A stretch of 64,000 nt of DNA from Armatimonadota bacterium (GCA_039811685.1 JBDHZC010000001.1:384001-448000); one strand, 5' to 3'; positions 29,888 to 40,779 are shown, counted from the first letter of the stretch. Numbers and translations: made by a program. The notes: a model not told the origin generated them from the letters alone.

Positions 29888-30994
29888 TCAGACAAGCGCC
29901 AACTCTCGAACAGGATTGTAGAAACTATCTCGCTCCACAGCCTCGCATCCAGCTTCGCGAATGAGATCAGCAAGTTGGTCTCGAGACAATTCCTGATGTG
30001 TCTGCTCGATCTTCTCGCGAGTGATCTCGTACTCCATAATTGTCCCGTCAATGTCATCCGCCCCATAGCGAAGCGCCAACTGAGCCATAACCGGCCCTAT
30101 CATAATCCAGAAACTCTTAATGTGCGGAAAGTTGTCGAGCATCAACCGGCTGACAGCGATCATGCGTAGATCCAAATTTCCAGTCGTGGGAGGGATTCCT
30201 TCCAATTCTGTGCGCTCGGCATGAAAAGCGAGCGGGATAAAGCACAGGAAGCCACCAGTTTCGTCCTGAAGCTCACGGAGTTGGATGAAGTGGTCTACAC
30301 GCTCTTCATCTGTCTCCAGGTGCCCGTAGAGCAACGATGCGTTTGACTTCAGTCCCTGCCCGTGCGCAACTCGCGCTATATTCAGCCAGCCCTCTCCGTC
30401 CATTTTTCGCCCGAAGAGCTCCTGATGAATGCGCTTGGACAGCACCTCAACGCCGCCGCCCGGCAGTGCTCCCAGGCCGTGTGCCTTAAGATCCTGGATT
30501 GTCTCTTCCAGCGGCATTTCGGAAACTTTTTGAATCTGCTCCAGCTCAATCATAGTGAAGGCTTTGATAATCGCGTCCGGCCGGGTACGCTTCACCGTGT
30601 CCAAAAGGTCTGTATAGTAGGTGTAAGGAAGCTTCGGGTGCACACCCGCCACCATGTGGATTTCGGTAATGGGCAAGTGCGCAAACTGCCTTATCCGATG
30701 CTCCACTTCCTCCATAGTGAGAGTGTACGCCTCAGGGCCGTCTTTTTTGGCGTAGAAGCTACAGAAACGGCAGCGTTTGCTACACACATTCGTGAAATTG
30801 ATATGCTGATTGCGCACATAATAGGCCCGATTGCCGTTCTTGCGCTGGCGGACCAGGTGTGCCAGCTTGCCAACCAGACCAATATGGCGCGAGCGAAAGA
30901 GCCGGACACCGTCCTCAAAGCTCAGACGCTCCTCAGCAGCAACTTTCTCGTAGATATCGGCCAGTCCGGCCGCCTCAAATTGGCTTGCGTTCAA
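29888..30994 (-). CDS. mqnE: Aminofutalosine synthase (radical SAM)
   Basis: NQHINFTNVCSKRCRFC, IKAFT..E, SRLMLDNFPHIKSFWIM, GADDIDGT. Confidence 0.9.
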   Translation of the reverse strand: MNASQFEAAGLADIYEKVAAEERLSFEDGVRLFRSRHIGLVGKLAHLVRQRKNGNRAYYVRNQHINFTNVCSKRCRFCSFYAKKDGPEAYTLTMEEVEHRIRQFAHLPITEIHMVAGVHPKLPYTYYTDLLDTVKRTRPDAIIKAFTMIELEQIQKVSEMPLEETIQDLKAHGLGALPGGGVEVLSKRIHQELFGRKMDGEGWLNIARVAHGQGLKSNASLLYGHLETDEERVDHFIQLRELQDETGGFLCFIPLAFHAERTELEGIPPTTGNLDLRMIAVSRLMLDNFPHIKSFWIMIGPVMAQLALRYGADDIDGTIMEYEITREKIEQTHQELSRDQLADLIREAGCEAVERDSFYNPVRELALV

Positions 30995-31294
30995 GATGAA
31001 GTCCTCGAAGATCTCGCGGCGACGGTGCGCGCTTCAGAGAGGTGATTACCTCGGCTATCTTACAACGATTTGACAATTCTTGACCAGACAAGCAGTGCGC
31101 CATTGTCACATTAGGTGTACAAAACGTCACAGGATTGTTATAGCTTCTGCTAACATGTTCCCGTCCCTGTCGTCAGTGCCCGGATCTGCTGAGCGCTTCG
31201 CGCCGCCGTCGAGACAAAAGTCTCGAGACTGTGCGCCAGAGATTGCGCGTCTAGGATATGGGAAACACGACGAGGCTCAGGCATTTCCAGTTCT

Positions 31295-33178
31295 ATGGCT
31301 ACAGTTCAAAAAGTCCAGACAACTCTGTCCGACAAGCTGGCCTCCCTGCCGGCAAAGCCCGGCTGCTACATCTACAAGAATGACAAGGGAGAGGTTCTCT
31401 ACGTCGGCAAGGCTGTCAATCTACACAACCGCGTGAGGTCTTACTTCCAGAAAGGCGCACAACTTCACCCGCGCACCCAACGTCTGGTTGCTTCGGTTCG
31501 TGATATGGAGTGGATCATCACGGACACAGAAGTCGAAGCGCTCATTCTTGAGTGCACTCTCATAAAAAAATACCGGCCGTTTTACAATATCCGGCTCCGT
31601 GACGACAAGAGCTACCCCTACGTATGTGTGACCACCAGTGAGATCTACCCGCGTGTGTTTTTCACGCGCCGTCCACACTTGAAGCCAGATGGCAATCGCT
31701 ATTTTGGCCCGTACACTGACGTCCGTGCCGTGCGAGATACTCTCAGGACCGTTCGGCGCATATTTGGTGTTCAGAGCTGCACACATCGCTTCACCGGCGC
31801 AGAGAAGATGCGACCCTGTCTGTACTACCATCTCGGGCAGTGCCTGGGGCCCTGTACTGGCGAGCTACCTCCGGAGGAGTATCGAAAGGCTGTCGATCAG
31901 GTGATGATGCTTTTCGAGGGGCGGCAGGACGAGATTCTGGAGCGCATGAACAAAAGCATGGAGGAAGCGGCTGAAAATCTGCAGTTTGAGCGCGCGGCAG
32001 CTATGCGCGATCGGATAAAAGCAATTCAGCGGCTCGCTCAGCGCCAGAAGGTGTTCACGGTAGAGCAGGTGGACCAAGATATCGTGGGCATTGCATTGGA
32101 AGGCGGAGACGCGGTGGCTCATGTGTTTTTCATTCGGGCCGGGCGGCTTGTGGGGAGAGACAATTTTGTCCTGGATTCAGGCGACGATGAAAGCCCCGCC
32201 GAGATTCTCAGCCAGTTTCTAAAGCAGTACTATGAGGGCGCGGCTGCTATCCCGTCCGAGATATTGCTCCCCGAAGAGCCAGCCGACCGTGAGGCTATCC
32301 TGACATGGCTCGGAGAAAAGCGAGGAAAACCGGTCCGTCTGAGCGTCCCGCAGCGTGGGGAGAAAAAACGTCTGGTGAGTATGGTGGTGGAAAATGCTCA
32401 GACGTCTCTTGAACAACTGAAGAAGCGTGGCGCTACAGGACGATCCCGCAGTGAGAACGCTGTGCTCGAGCTGGGAGACGCACTCGACATGGAAGTACCG
32501 CCTGTTCGAATTGAGTGTTTTGACATCTCTAATCTGCAGGGCGGATACACCGTGGCCTCCATGACGGTCTTTGAAAATGGGACCCCGGCTAAGTCTCAGT
32601 ACCGGCACTTCCGCATTAAGACAGTAGAAGGCCAGGACGATTTTGCCAGCATGCGAGAAGTAATTGGCAGACGTCTTGCACGAGCCAAGCAGGGTGACGA
32701 AAGGTTTTCGGACCGCCCGGACCTGATGATCATCGACGGAGGCAAAGGACAGCTGAGCGCCGCCCTTGAGGCAGTTCATGCGGCTGAGGAAGAAGGCCTG
32801 ACTGTGGTGTCTCTGGCAAAGCGGGAAGAGGAGATATTCGTTCCGGATCGGCCACTTCCCATTCGCCTGGACAAAAGGAGCCAGGCCTTGCACCTCGTGC
32901 AACACATCCGGGATGAAGCCCACCGTTTTGCTATCACCTATCACCGGCGTCTGCGCGGTAAAGGCAGCCTCAAATCGGAGCTCGATAATGTCCCGGGCAT
33001 CGGGCAAGTCCGGCGCAGAGAACTCATTAAGCACTTCGGCTCTGTCGCTCAACTAAGAGATGCAACACTTGAAGACATAGCTGCGGCGCCCAGTATGAAT
33101 GCGACTGCGGCGCAGCGGTTATATGAACATTTGCACGGAGAGGACATTGAACACAAGCCAGAACCCATCCCATCCTGA
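31295..33178 (+). CDS. uvrC: Excinuclease ABC subunit C
   Basis: GIY-YIG domain (PGCYIYK..LYVGKAVNL), UVR domain, RIECFDISN, IDGGKGQL, RDEAHRFA, HhH motifs. Confidence 0.97.
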   Translation: MATVQKVQTTLSDKLASLPAKPGCYIYKNDKGEVLYVGKAVNLHNRVRSYFQKGAQLHPRTQRLVASVRDMEWIITDTEVEALILECTLIKKYRPFYNIRLRDDKSYPYVCVTTSEIYPRVFFTRRPHLKPDGNRYFGPYTDVRAVRDTLRTVRRIFGVQSCTHRFTGAEKMRPCLYYHLGQCLGPCTGELPPEEYRKAVDQVMMLFEGRQDEILERMNKSMEEAAENLQFERAAAMRDRIKAIQRLAQRQKVFTVEQVDQDIVGIALEGGDAVAHVFFIRAGRLVGRDNFVLDSGDDESPAEILSQFLKQYYEGAAAIPSEILLPEEPADREAILTWLGEKRGKPVRLSVPQRGEKKRLVSMVVENAQTSLEQLKKRGATGRSRSENAVLELGDALDMEVPPVRIECFDISNLQGGYTVASMTVFENGTPAKSQYRHFRIKTVEGQDDFASMREVIGRRLARAKQGDERFSDRPDLMIIDGGKGQLSAALEAVHAAEEEGLTVVSLAKREEEIFVPDRPLPIRLDKRSQALHLVQHIRDEAHRFAITYHRRLRGKGSLKSELDNVPGIGQVRRRELIKHFGSVAQLRDATLEDIAAAPSMNATAAQRLYEHLHGEDIEHKPEPIPS

Positions 33179-33713
33179 CTTCACTTACAGCTTTTACGAC
33201 ACGCCATGGGGGCGCGGACTTGCGGCGGCGGACAGCACGAATCGCGCCGTGCGAATCTATCTCCCGGCAGAACCAGAAGAGCGCCTCTTCGCCCGTCTTG
33301 TCAGTGAGCTTGCGACCTCAGACGTCGTTGAAGGGGGCCCGGTGTGTGACGCGATGGCAGAGGAGCTGACCCGATATTTTAATGGAGAGAAAGTTGCCTT
33401 TTCCAGCCCGCTGAATCTCGACAACCTAACGGCTTTCCAGCGCAGAGTCGCAACAGCAACCGCCGAAATTCCGTATGGATCTGTAGACACTTACGGGCAT
33501 CTCGCCCAGAAAGCCGGAAGCCCGCTGGCTTTTCGGGCCGTCGGACAGGTAATGGCGAAAAACAACCTACCAATCGTCATACCGTGCCACAGAGTGATGG
33601 GGCATAGCGGCGGCCTTGGCGGCTTTGCGTGTGGTCTGGAGTGGAAGGTTCGTCTGCTGGAACTGGAAGGCTACGAAGGCTTGCGTCCGGCACTGAAGCG
33701 CAAGTACGGATGA
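33147..33713 (+). CDS. ogt: Methylated-DNA-protein-cysteine methyltransferase
   Basis: RAVGQ and IPCHRV active site. TTG start at 33147 with GGAGAGGA SD; the ORF track begins at 33099. Confidence 0.9.
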   Translation: MNTSQNPSHPDFTYSFYDTPWGRGLAAADSTNRAVRIYLPAEPEERLFARLVSELATSDVVEGGPVCDAMAEELTRYFNGEKVAFSSPLNLDNLTAFQRRVATATAEIPYGSVDTYGHLAQKAGSPLAFRAVGQVMAKNNLPIVIPCHRVMGHSGGLGGFACGLEWKVRLLELEGYEGLRPALKRKYG

Positions 33714-33803
33714 GTCGCAGGGTTCGCCGCCCCCCAGCCTCTCAAAGCCCTTCCTTTTGTTTTTGACTTCTCTTGTTGAGCAGACGCGCAAGAAACGTGA
33801 AAC

Positions 33804-33812
33804 TGCTATAAT
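33804..33812 (+). promoter_or_regulatory. Extended -10 promoter
   Basis: Perfect TGCTATAAT 9 nt before ATG 33822. Confidence 0.65.
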
Positions 33813-33821
33813 TGGCCCGGC

Positions 33822-34184
33822 ATGAATCTGATAATTAGATGGATTGTTCACGCAGTCATCCTGTGGATCGTCGTCGGAATCGGTATGGCGCTCGGACTCG
33901 GTGTAAAGCTGGACGGTTGGGTGAGCGCCTTTGTTGTGGTGTTCCTTCTCGCGCTCGCTAATGCCATTGTGCGCCCAGTTGTGCAGCTCTTTCTCTGGCC
34001 GCTGAACTGTCTCACTTTCGGGCTGTTCGGATTTCTGATCAGTGTGCTTCTCATCCTGTTTCTAAACTGGGTCGTGCCAGGCTTTCACGCGGGAGGCTTT
34101 GTCGGGGCTGTGTATCTGGCAGTTGGGCTCAGCGTGCTTGGAGGACTGGCGAACAGCGTTTTGAAATTCAGTCGGGAGGACTGA
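33822..34184 (+). CDS. Phage holin family (YvlD/DUF360-like) 4-TM membrane protein
   Basis: NAIVRPVV.L..WPLNCLTFGLF motif, VPGF. Confidence 0.85.
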   Translation: MNLIIRWIVHAVILWIVVGIGMALGLGVKLDGWVSAFVVVFLLALANAIVRPVVQLFLWPLNCLTFGLFGFLISVLLILFLNWVVPGFHAGGFVGAVYLAVGLSVLGGLANSVLKFSRED

Positions 34185-35069
34185 GTGCCCAAAGAACTGG
34201 TGATCATCACGGGCCTGTCTGGCGCTGGAAAGAGCCTCGCCAGCCACGTCTTTGAAGACCTCAAATACTACTGTATTGACAATATCCCGCCGAATCTGAT
34301 GCCGGATGCAGCCAGGCTCTGGCACGACTCCAATACAGATGCGACCGGCCTCGCCTTTGTCGTGGACACCCGTTCCGGCGATCTCTTCGAACGCTTCGTT
34401 GAGACTTTTGACGAGATGAAATCCGTCCCGGTAAACGGTTTTTCACGTCCAAAAGTCCTTTTTCTGGACGCAAGCGACGATGTCCTCATCAAGCGCTTCA
34501 AAGAAACCCGGCGGCGGCACCCGCTTGTAACCGACACGCGGGGGATCATAGAGAGTATCAACTACGAGCGAAACCTGCTGATGCCGCTGCGCGAACGCGC
34601 GGACAAAGTCATTGACACGTCCAATCTGGAGCCCATATCACTGCGCAAAGCCATCGAGAGTAACTTCTCGACGCAAAGACCTGCAGAGGCTCTGGTTATT
34701 ACTGTGGTCTCGTTCGGGTTCAAGCACGGCATTCCACTTGATGCGGATCTGGTCTTCGACGTAAGGTTTCTTACAAATCCGCATTACGTTGAGCAGCTTC
34801 AGCCGTACGACGGCAACTCTCAGCCCGTACGCCAGTACGTTTTGTCAGACCCTCTGAGCGAGCCTCTAATGGAGAAGCTGTTCGATCTGGTCGAGTTCAG
34901 CATCCCTCAGTATGCCCGTGAAGGAAAGGCCTATCTCACCATCGCCATAGGTTGCACTGGTGGACGGCACAGATCCGTCGTCCTTGCCAATGAACTGGCG
35001 AGATTTCTTGAGAATCTGAACTACACGGTCATTGTGGAGCATAGAGACATTGGCCTCGGAAAGAAGTGA
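34185..35069 (+). CDS. rapZ: RNase adapter RapZ (YvcJ)
   Basis: ITGLSGAGKS, ETRRRHPL, SFGFKHG, DVRFLTNPHY, IGCTGGRHRSV. Confidence 0.95.
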   Translation: MPKELVIITGLSGAGKSLASHVFEDLKYYCIDNIPPNLMPDAARLWHDSNTDATGLAFVVDTRSGDLFERFVETFDEMKSVPVNGFSRPKVLFLDASDDVLIKRFKETRRRHPLVTDTRGIIESINYERNLLMPLRERADKVIDTSNLEPISLRKAIESNFSTQRPAEALVITVVSFGFKHGIPLDADLVFDVRFLTNPHYVEQLQPYDGNSQPVRQYVLSDPLSEPLMEKLFDLVEFSIPQYAREGKAYLTIAIGCTGGRHRSVVLANELARFLENLNYTVIVEHRDIGLGKK

Positions 35070-36426
35070 GACTGCCAGATCGAGCCCCGTAGCCACGATC
35101 AAGAGCGCTCTGAAGTGGCTGTACCCCGGCATGCGCGTCAAGCGCTGGCTACTGCTGGTACCGGTTGGCCTGGCGATCATAGTGCTGGGTGTAGGCGTAT
35201 TCACAAACATGCGCCTGTTCGACTACATGCAGATTCTCAACGAACTCGCGCGACAGGCGTTTCTGCGCTTTGGCATCGAGCTGTACATGCCGAGCGTCTA
35301 TGTACCGTTCGCCATCGCATGTGTTCTGATCGGTCTCTTGCTTGTGTTTATCAGCATCAAGCAGATCGTCGGCTCCATTACCTCAGCAGTCGCGAGTGTG
35401 GATAAGGGTCGTCTGGCGGATGTTGTCTTTCAGAAGCGCTACCTGGCCCAGGGGTACAGACTGGTGACAATCGGCGGCGGGACAGGGCTTTCCACGCTGT
35501 TGCGCGGTCTGAAGTCATACACGAGCAACATCACAGCAATTGTGACGGTGACGGACGACGGAGGGTCGAGCGGCGCGCTTACCAGGCAGTTCGGAATGTT
35601 GCCACCGGGGGATATTCGCAACTGCCTTGTCGCTCTTGCGGACTCTGAAACTTTGATGACCGAACTCCTTCAGTACCGCTTCAACGGCTCTAATCCGCCG
35701 TCGGGAGTGAGCCTGGAGGGTCACTCTTTCGGAAATCTGCTGTTGATGGCGATGACTAACGTGACGGGGGACTTCGAGTTAGCGGTTAAAGAGACCAGCC
35801 GCGTACTCGCGATTCGAGGAAGCGTGCTGCCGTCAACGACTCAGAGTGTGTCGCTCCTGGCGGAAATGGAAACCGGGGAGTTGGTGGAAGGTGAGACGAA
35901 CATCCTCCATCATCCGAGCCCAATCCACAATATCTATCTCAATCCCCCGCAGGTAAAGCCGCTCCAGGAAGCCATGGAAGCGATCAAGGCCGCCGATGCC
36001 ATCATCCTGGGTCCGGGGAGCGTTTACACCAGCATTGTCCCCAACTTGCTTGTTGAAGGAATCGCCGAGGCGCTGCATGATGCCAGGGCGCTGAAGATTT
36101 ATGTGTGCAATGTCATGACTCAGCCAGGCGAGACGGATGGATTTACCGCCTCGGACCATGTGCGTGCGCTGCAGCGCCACGCACACACGTCGATTTTCGA
36201 TTACGTGCTGATGAACAACGAAGAGCCTTCGCCTGAGCTGCTTGAACGCTATCGAACCACAGGCGCTGAGCTGGTGAGGGCGGATGTGGACGTCGTAAAG
36301 AGCATGGGATATCACCCGATTGTCGCGAATCTAATCAGCCAGACTGACGTTGTGCGCCACTCCCCTGACGATCTGGCTGCGGCATTGATGCGTCTGGTGT
36401 TTGACCGCGGAGGTATGCGAAGCTGA
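35032..36426 (+). CDS. yvcK: Gluconeogenesis factor YvcK family with N-terminal membrane segment (start uncertain)
   Basis: WLYPGMRVKRW, IGGGTGLS, DDGGSSG, PPGDIRNC, GHSFGN, GPGSVYTS, NVMTQPGET. Confidence 0.92.
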   Translation: MWSIETLASERSETARSSPVATIKSALKWLYPGMRVKRWLLLVPVGLAIIVLGVGVFTNMRLFDYMQILNELARQAFLRFGIELYMPSVYVPFAIACVLIGLLLVFISIKQIVGSITSAVASVDKGRLADVVFQKRYLAQGYRLVTIGGGTGLSTLLRGLKSYTSNITAIVTVTDDGGSSGALTRQFGMLPPGDIRNCLVALADSETLMTELLQYRFNGSNPPSGVSLEGHSFGNLLLMAMTNVTGDFELAVKETSRVLAIRGSVLPSTTQSVSLLAEMETGELVEGETNILHHPSPIHNIYLNPPQVKPLQEAMEAIKAADAIILGPGSVYTSIVPNLLVEGIAEALHDARALKIYVCNVMTQPGETDGFTASDHVRALQRHAHTSIFDYVLMNNEEPSPELLERYRTTGAELVRADVDVVKSMGYHPIVANLISQTDVVRHSPDDLAAALMRLVFDRGGMRS

Positions 36427-36431
36427 CGCGT

Positions 36432-37016
36432 GTGGTCTTGGCATCGGCGTCTCCACGCAGGCGCGAGCTTCTTTCCGCTCTTTTTGACACGTTTGAAGTC
36501 ATTGTCAGCAACGTGGACGAAGAGGCGCTCTTTGTAACTCCAGCTGAAGAAGGGGCGCAGCGTGTAGCGAAAGCCAAAGCGCTGGAAGTCGCCAGAATTG
36601 CTCCAGAAGCGCTCGTAATTGCGGCGGACACGGCGGTCGTCGTTGACAGCGCTGTGCTTCAGAAACCCGCAGATGCGAAGGATGCGAGGCGGATGCTGCG
36701 TATGCTCAGCGGACGGACTCATAAGGTTGTAACGGCGGTCGCAGTAGCATTTCAAGGCCGCTGCCACACTGCAGTGGAGATGACCGAAGTGGATTTCGCC
36801 CGTATGACTGACGAGCAGATCAGAAGATATGTGGCCACAGGAGAACCAATGGACAAAGCTGGCGCCTACGGTATCCAGGGCCGGGCTTCAATCTTCATCA
36901 CCGGTATCCGCGGCTGCTACTTCAACGTCGTAGGACTGCCCCTCCACCGGCTGGGAGTCCTCCTTGAGGAGCAAGGCCTTGATATCTGGAAGGGCCAGCC
37001 CGGAGAGAGAAGTTGA
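36432..37016 (+). CDS. maf: Maf family nucleoside triphosphate pyrophosphatase
   Basis: LASASPRRRELL, AADT, KP, DKAGAYGIQG, NVVGLP. Confidence 0.93.
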   Translation: MVLASASPRRRELLSALFDTFEVIVSNVDEEALFVTPAEEGAQRVAKAKALEVARIAPEALVIAADTAVVVDSAVLQKPADAKDARRMLRMLSGRTHKVVTAVAVAFQGRCHTAVEMTEVDFARMTDEQIRRYVATGEPMDKAGAYGIQGRASIFITGIRGCYFNVVGLPLHRLGVLLEEQGLDIWKGQPGERS

Positions 37017-38584
37017 GCCGCGGCTACTTGCTGGTTCACGATCTGGGAACGACGGCCAATAAAGCCGCTCTCTTTGATGAGAATGGGAGACTGGTCGCGT
37101 CAGCCAGCGCTGCCTACGCCACACACCACACCCGGGATGGTGGGGCGGAACAGAACCCGCAAGACTGGTTGGCAGCCGTTTGCTCTGCCACACGTGAAGT
37201 TGTGGCCCGCAGCCGTATTGAAGCCAAGAAGATTGAAGGCATTTCTCTCAGCGGGCATATGATGGGAGTGGTGGCGCTAGGCATGGACGCTGCGCCTTTG
37301 CGCCCTGCCATTCTCCATAGTGACATACGCTCATCACCTCAAGCCAGGGCCATTGCCACGCGCATTTCTTCGGAACAGGCGTATAACATCAGCGGCAACC
37401 CGCTGGATGTCCACTACCCTCTGAGCAAGCTCGCATGGCTGCGCGAGAATGAACCAGATACCTACAACTCGGCAGTGAACTTCGTCCAGAGCAAAGACTT
37501 CGTCAGCGCCTGGTTGACCGATGAGAAAAGTGGCCGCAACGTCCAAACAGACTTCTCGGACGCCTCCCTTTACGGGTGTTTTGACTTTGAATCTCTGGCC
37601 TGGAGCCCTGCCCTTTGTGACGCTGCAAGCCTGGCCATGGACAAGCTGCCACCTATCGTCGAGGTCGGTTGCCTTCTGGGGAGTCTGAGCAAGAAAGCAG
37701 CGCAGGAGATGCACATTGTCGCAGGCACTCCTGTTTATAGCGGCTTTGGAGACGGCGCCGCGGCGGCCCTTGGCGCCGATGCATGGAGCACGGGCGCATG
37801 CTACGGCTACGTTGGAAGCACTTCGTGGATTGCGGCCACGACCGCCAGCCCGTTGATTGATCCGGATAGACGGCTCTTCACACTCGCACTGACTGCGGGG
37901 CGATTCAGTTCAATCGGGACCGTGCAGAGCGCTGGAGCAGCCTGGGAATGGGCCGTTGATCTGTTGTGCGACTCCAGCTTTGACGAGGCGGAAGCTCTGG
38001 CGTCGTCTTCAGTGCCTGGCGCAAACGCACTTGTCTTTCTCCCCTATCTAAGCGGTGAGCGCGCGCCCATCTGGAACGACCGCGCACGAGGCGTTTGGCT
38101 TGGGCTGACAGAATCACACAACCGCGCCGACCTGCTGCGCTCAGTTCTGGACGGAGTATGCGTTGCACTCTCCTGCATACTGGGTGACATCAAACGCTGT
38201 ACGGGTTCTTCATTTGACAGAGTAAAGCTCATCGGTGGAGGGCTGCGCAGCAGTTTGTGGAGACAGGCTCTGACCTCAGCCCTGAACTGCCAAACGGAAG
38301 TGTTCGTCGAGACCTCCGAGGCAACCGCCCGTGGAGCCATGCTTGCGGTAGCGCTTGGCGCCGGGATTGTTTCTGATTTCGACGAAGGTAGCAAGCTCCA
38401 GATGATGCATGGACAGGTCCTTGAACCGGACAAATCGGAGGCTGAGGTGTACAAAGCCATACGGCCGATTTTTGCTTCTGCTTACACCAGTCTGGTCTCC
38501 GTTTTCGACGATCTTGCCTCTGTACGAAGGCAATCACTGACAGAGCCAGGCGGAACAATGGAGGTGACCAGTGCCCCTTTTTGA
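37013..38584 (+). CDS. FGGY family carbohydrate kinase (xylulokinase-like)
   Basis: HDLGTTANKA, SGHMMG, GDG, FLPYLSGERAP, IGGG; TTGA overlap with maf. Confidence 0.88.
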   Translation: MSRGYLLVHDLGTTANKAALFDENGRLVASASAAYATHHTRDGGAEQNPQDWLAAVCSATREVVARSRIEAKKIEGISLSGHMMGVVALGMDAAPLRPAILHSDIRSSPQARAIATRISSEQAYNISGNPLDVHYPLSKLAWLRENEPDTYNSAVNFVQSKDFVSAWLTDEKSGRNVQTDFSDASLYGCFDFESLAWSPALCDAASLAMDKLPPIVEVGCLLGSLSKKAAQEMHIVAGTPVYSGFGDGAAAALGADAWSTGACYGYVGSTSWIAATTASPLIDPDRRLFTLALTAGRFSSIGTVQSAGAAWEWAVDLLCDSSFDEAEALASSSVPGANALVFLPYLSGERAPIWNDRARGVWLGLTESHNRADLLRSVLDGVCVALSCILGDIKRCTGSSFDRVKLIGGGLRSSLWRQALTSALNCQTEVFVETSEATARGAMLAVALGAGIVSDFDEGSKLQMMHGQVLEPDKSEAEVYKAIRPIFASAYTSLVSVFDDLASVRRQSLTEPGGTMEVTSAPF

Positions 38585-38912
38585 CTATCGCTGCGGGGAG
38601 TGCCGCAAGCGCTTCACGATGATGGTCGGCGTCGTAGCAGACAAACGGCCACTTGAGTGTCCTGTTTGCGGGTCGGAAAATCTTACAAAGCTTATCGGAC
38701 GGTTCGGCTCCGTTCGGTCCGAGGATCAAATGCTTGAAGAGCTCTCTGACATCGACAAAGTGGGCGACATGGACGATCCAAAACAGCTTAAGAGGTGGAT
38801 GAAGGAGATGGGAAAGGCCATGGATGAGGACATGGGCGAGGACTTTGAGCAAATGCTGGAAGAAGAAGCTGAAGCTGCGGGCGGAGAGGCCGGAGCTGAC
38901 GCTATCTACTGA
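38571..38912 (+). CDS. FmdB family zinc ribbon protein
   Basis: MPLFDYRCGEC...CPVCGS plus acidic helical tail; GGAGG SD. Confidence 0.85.
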   Translation: MPLFDYRCGECRKRFTMMVGVVADKRPLECPVCGSENLTKLIGRFGSVRSEDQMLEELSDIDKVGDMDDPKQLKRWMKEMGKAMDEDMGEDFEQMLEEEAEAAGGEAGADAIY

Positions 38913-39655
38913 GAGCGTTCCTGTTGCTGGGCTGCTGCTTCCGTCAGTCCTTTTGGATCAAAACTCCCTGTAACCTTCAGGAAGCCATCTTGAGTCTCCA
39001 CCGAAGAAAGCCGGATATTCAGCGGTGAATCAGGTGTCGTAAAGACCGGATTGATGAACGGCTCGACCTTTTTCTGGCCCCAGACTGGCACCCCTACTCC
39101 CAGACCGAGAGACTCCACGCGCCTGGGAGTCATCCAGATTTCTCTGTCACCGTGGATAGAGGGTACCCCTTCGACTGAGCCAGATGGTCCGACGCCTCGC
39201 ACAGTGATTTTTCCGGAGACGATGACTGCGTCTTTCCGCACCTGAACCTCCATATCCTGGATGTAGGTCACTTTGTCCGTGAGGAGTCCCGCAAGTTGCT
39301 TGTCGTCAATCCACCCGCTCCACAGGGCCGGGCCGCTATCCTTGATGACCTTCGCGCCCATGTCCACACTCACATTCGTCATCTCGCCTTCAAGGCGCGC
39401 CATACGCGGCAGGCGATCTGGCTTAACGTTCAGAGCAACGATGTGAACGTGCGGGATATAACCGCGTCTAAGTTGTCCCGCAGAGCCTTCCACATCCACA
39501 GTGTACGAATCTGCTGGTCCCAGCATAAGTGGCAGCATCTTGCCGATTTCCTTCTCCGCCCGCCTCTGAGCAATTCCGTTCACACAGCCGGCCGACGAGA
39601 GAACGGCGAGCGTCACGGCCAGAAACTGAATGACTTTGGTTGACTGTTTGAGCAT
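38906..39655 (-). CDS. DUF2993 / LmeA-like exported (lipo)protein
   Basis: Signal peptide ending SAGC and an elongated beta-rich body. Start ATG 39655; the ORF track extends to 39694. Confidence 0.55.
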   Translation of the reverse strand: MLKQSTKVIQFLAVTLAVLSSAGCVNGIAQRRAEKEIGKMLPLMLGPADSYTVDVEGSAGQLRRGYIPHVHIVALNVKPDRLPRMARLEGEMTNVSVDMGAKVIKDSGPALWSGWIDDKQLAGLLTDKVTYIQDMEVQVRKDAVIVSGKITVRGVGPSGSVEGVPSIHGDREIWMTPRRVESLGLGVGVPVWGQKKVEPFINPVFTTPDSPLNIRLSSVETQDGFLKVTGSFDPKGLTEAAAQQQERSQ

Positions 39656-39891
39656 AATAGGACCAGCGACACGAGTATTTCGGTCTTCACACAATCAGAC
39701 GCCTGCAAGCGCACTCCGGTTTTCGCAAAGGCAGAGTCTTTGGCAGGCGGCTATGGAATCATTCGACCGCTTGGAAGCGTTTATACCGTTAGCAGACGCA
39801 GCGGCGCAGTGCCGCTTTAGGTCGAGCTTACACCGAAACTGACTCGGGCGGCTACGCGCTGACCGACAAGTGTCAAGGTACAGGCAATAGG

Positions 39892-40779
39892 ATGAATCAG
39901 ATCAAAACTGCAGTTTTGTTGGCCGCAATGATCGGTCTGTTTATGCTGGTTGGAGACCTTCTGGGTGGCCGGCAGGGTATGACAATCGCTTTCTTCTTCG
40001 CGCTCATAATGAATTTCGGCGCATACTGGTTCAGCGACAAGATGGTGCTGGCGATGTACCGCGCTCAGGAAGTGGATCAGAACTCCTATCCGGAGTACTA
40101 CAGCGTCGTGAGTGAGCTTGCGCGTAAAGACAACCTGCCGATGCCGCGGGTCTACGTCATCCCTACAGCAACTCCCAACGCATTCGCAACCGGGCGCAAT
40201 CCGCATCACGCGGCCGTTGCGGCGACACAGGGCATTCTGCAGCTACTCAACAGAGACGAGCTGGCGGGTGTTATGGCACACGAACTCTCACACGTCAAGC
40301 ACCGGGATATACTCATCTCAACGCTGGCGGCGACTATTGCCGGAGCGATTGGCTATCTCGCAATGATGGCGAGATGGTCTATGATTTTTGGTGGATACGG
40401 GCGTTCCAGTGACGACGACAGAGGGGGCGGCAATCTCATCGCTTTGCTGGTGACCGCAATTGTGATGCCAATCGCCGCTTCGTTGATACAGCTTGCGATA
40501 TCTCGCAGCCGGGAGTATCTTGCGGACGAAGGCGGAGCGCAGCTTTCCGGAAATCCGATGGCGCTTGCCAGCGCGCTGGAAAAGCTGGAGCGCGGCGCGG
40601 AAGCCATTCCTATGGATGCTGCCCCGGCTACGGCTCACATGTTTATCGTGAATCCGTTGACTGCGGGAGGCATTGCCGCCTTGTTCCGCACACATCCATC
40701 CACTGAAGACCGCATTGCCAGACTTCAGCAGATGGCCGCCCGAGGGGTCGGCATGACTTCACACGGCATTATCAACTAG
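39892..40779 (+). CDS. htpX: Zinc metalloprotease HtpX
   Basis: [33 protein letters not shown]. Confidence 0.96.
   Translation: MNQIKTAVLLAAMIGLFMLVGDLLGGRQGMTIAFFFALIMNFGAYWFSDKMVLAMYRAQEVDQNSYPEYYSVVSELARKDNLPMPRVYVIPTATPNAFATGRNPHHAAVAATQGILQLLNRDELAGVMAHELSHVKHRDILISTLAATIAGAIGYLAMMARWSMIFGGYGRSSDDDRGGGNLIALLVTAIVMPIAASLIQLAISRSREYLADEGGAQLSGNPMALASALEKLERGAEAIPMDAAPATAHMFIVNPLTAGGIAALFRTHPSTEDRIARLQQMAARGVGMTSHGIIN

Noticed and set aside
33822..34184. Holin-family gene as a prophage marker
   Set aside because: This YvlD-like family is commonly chromosomal, and no phage genes are nearby.
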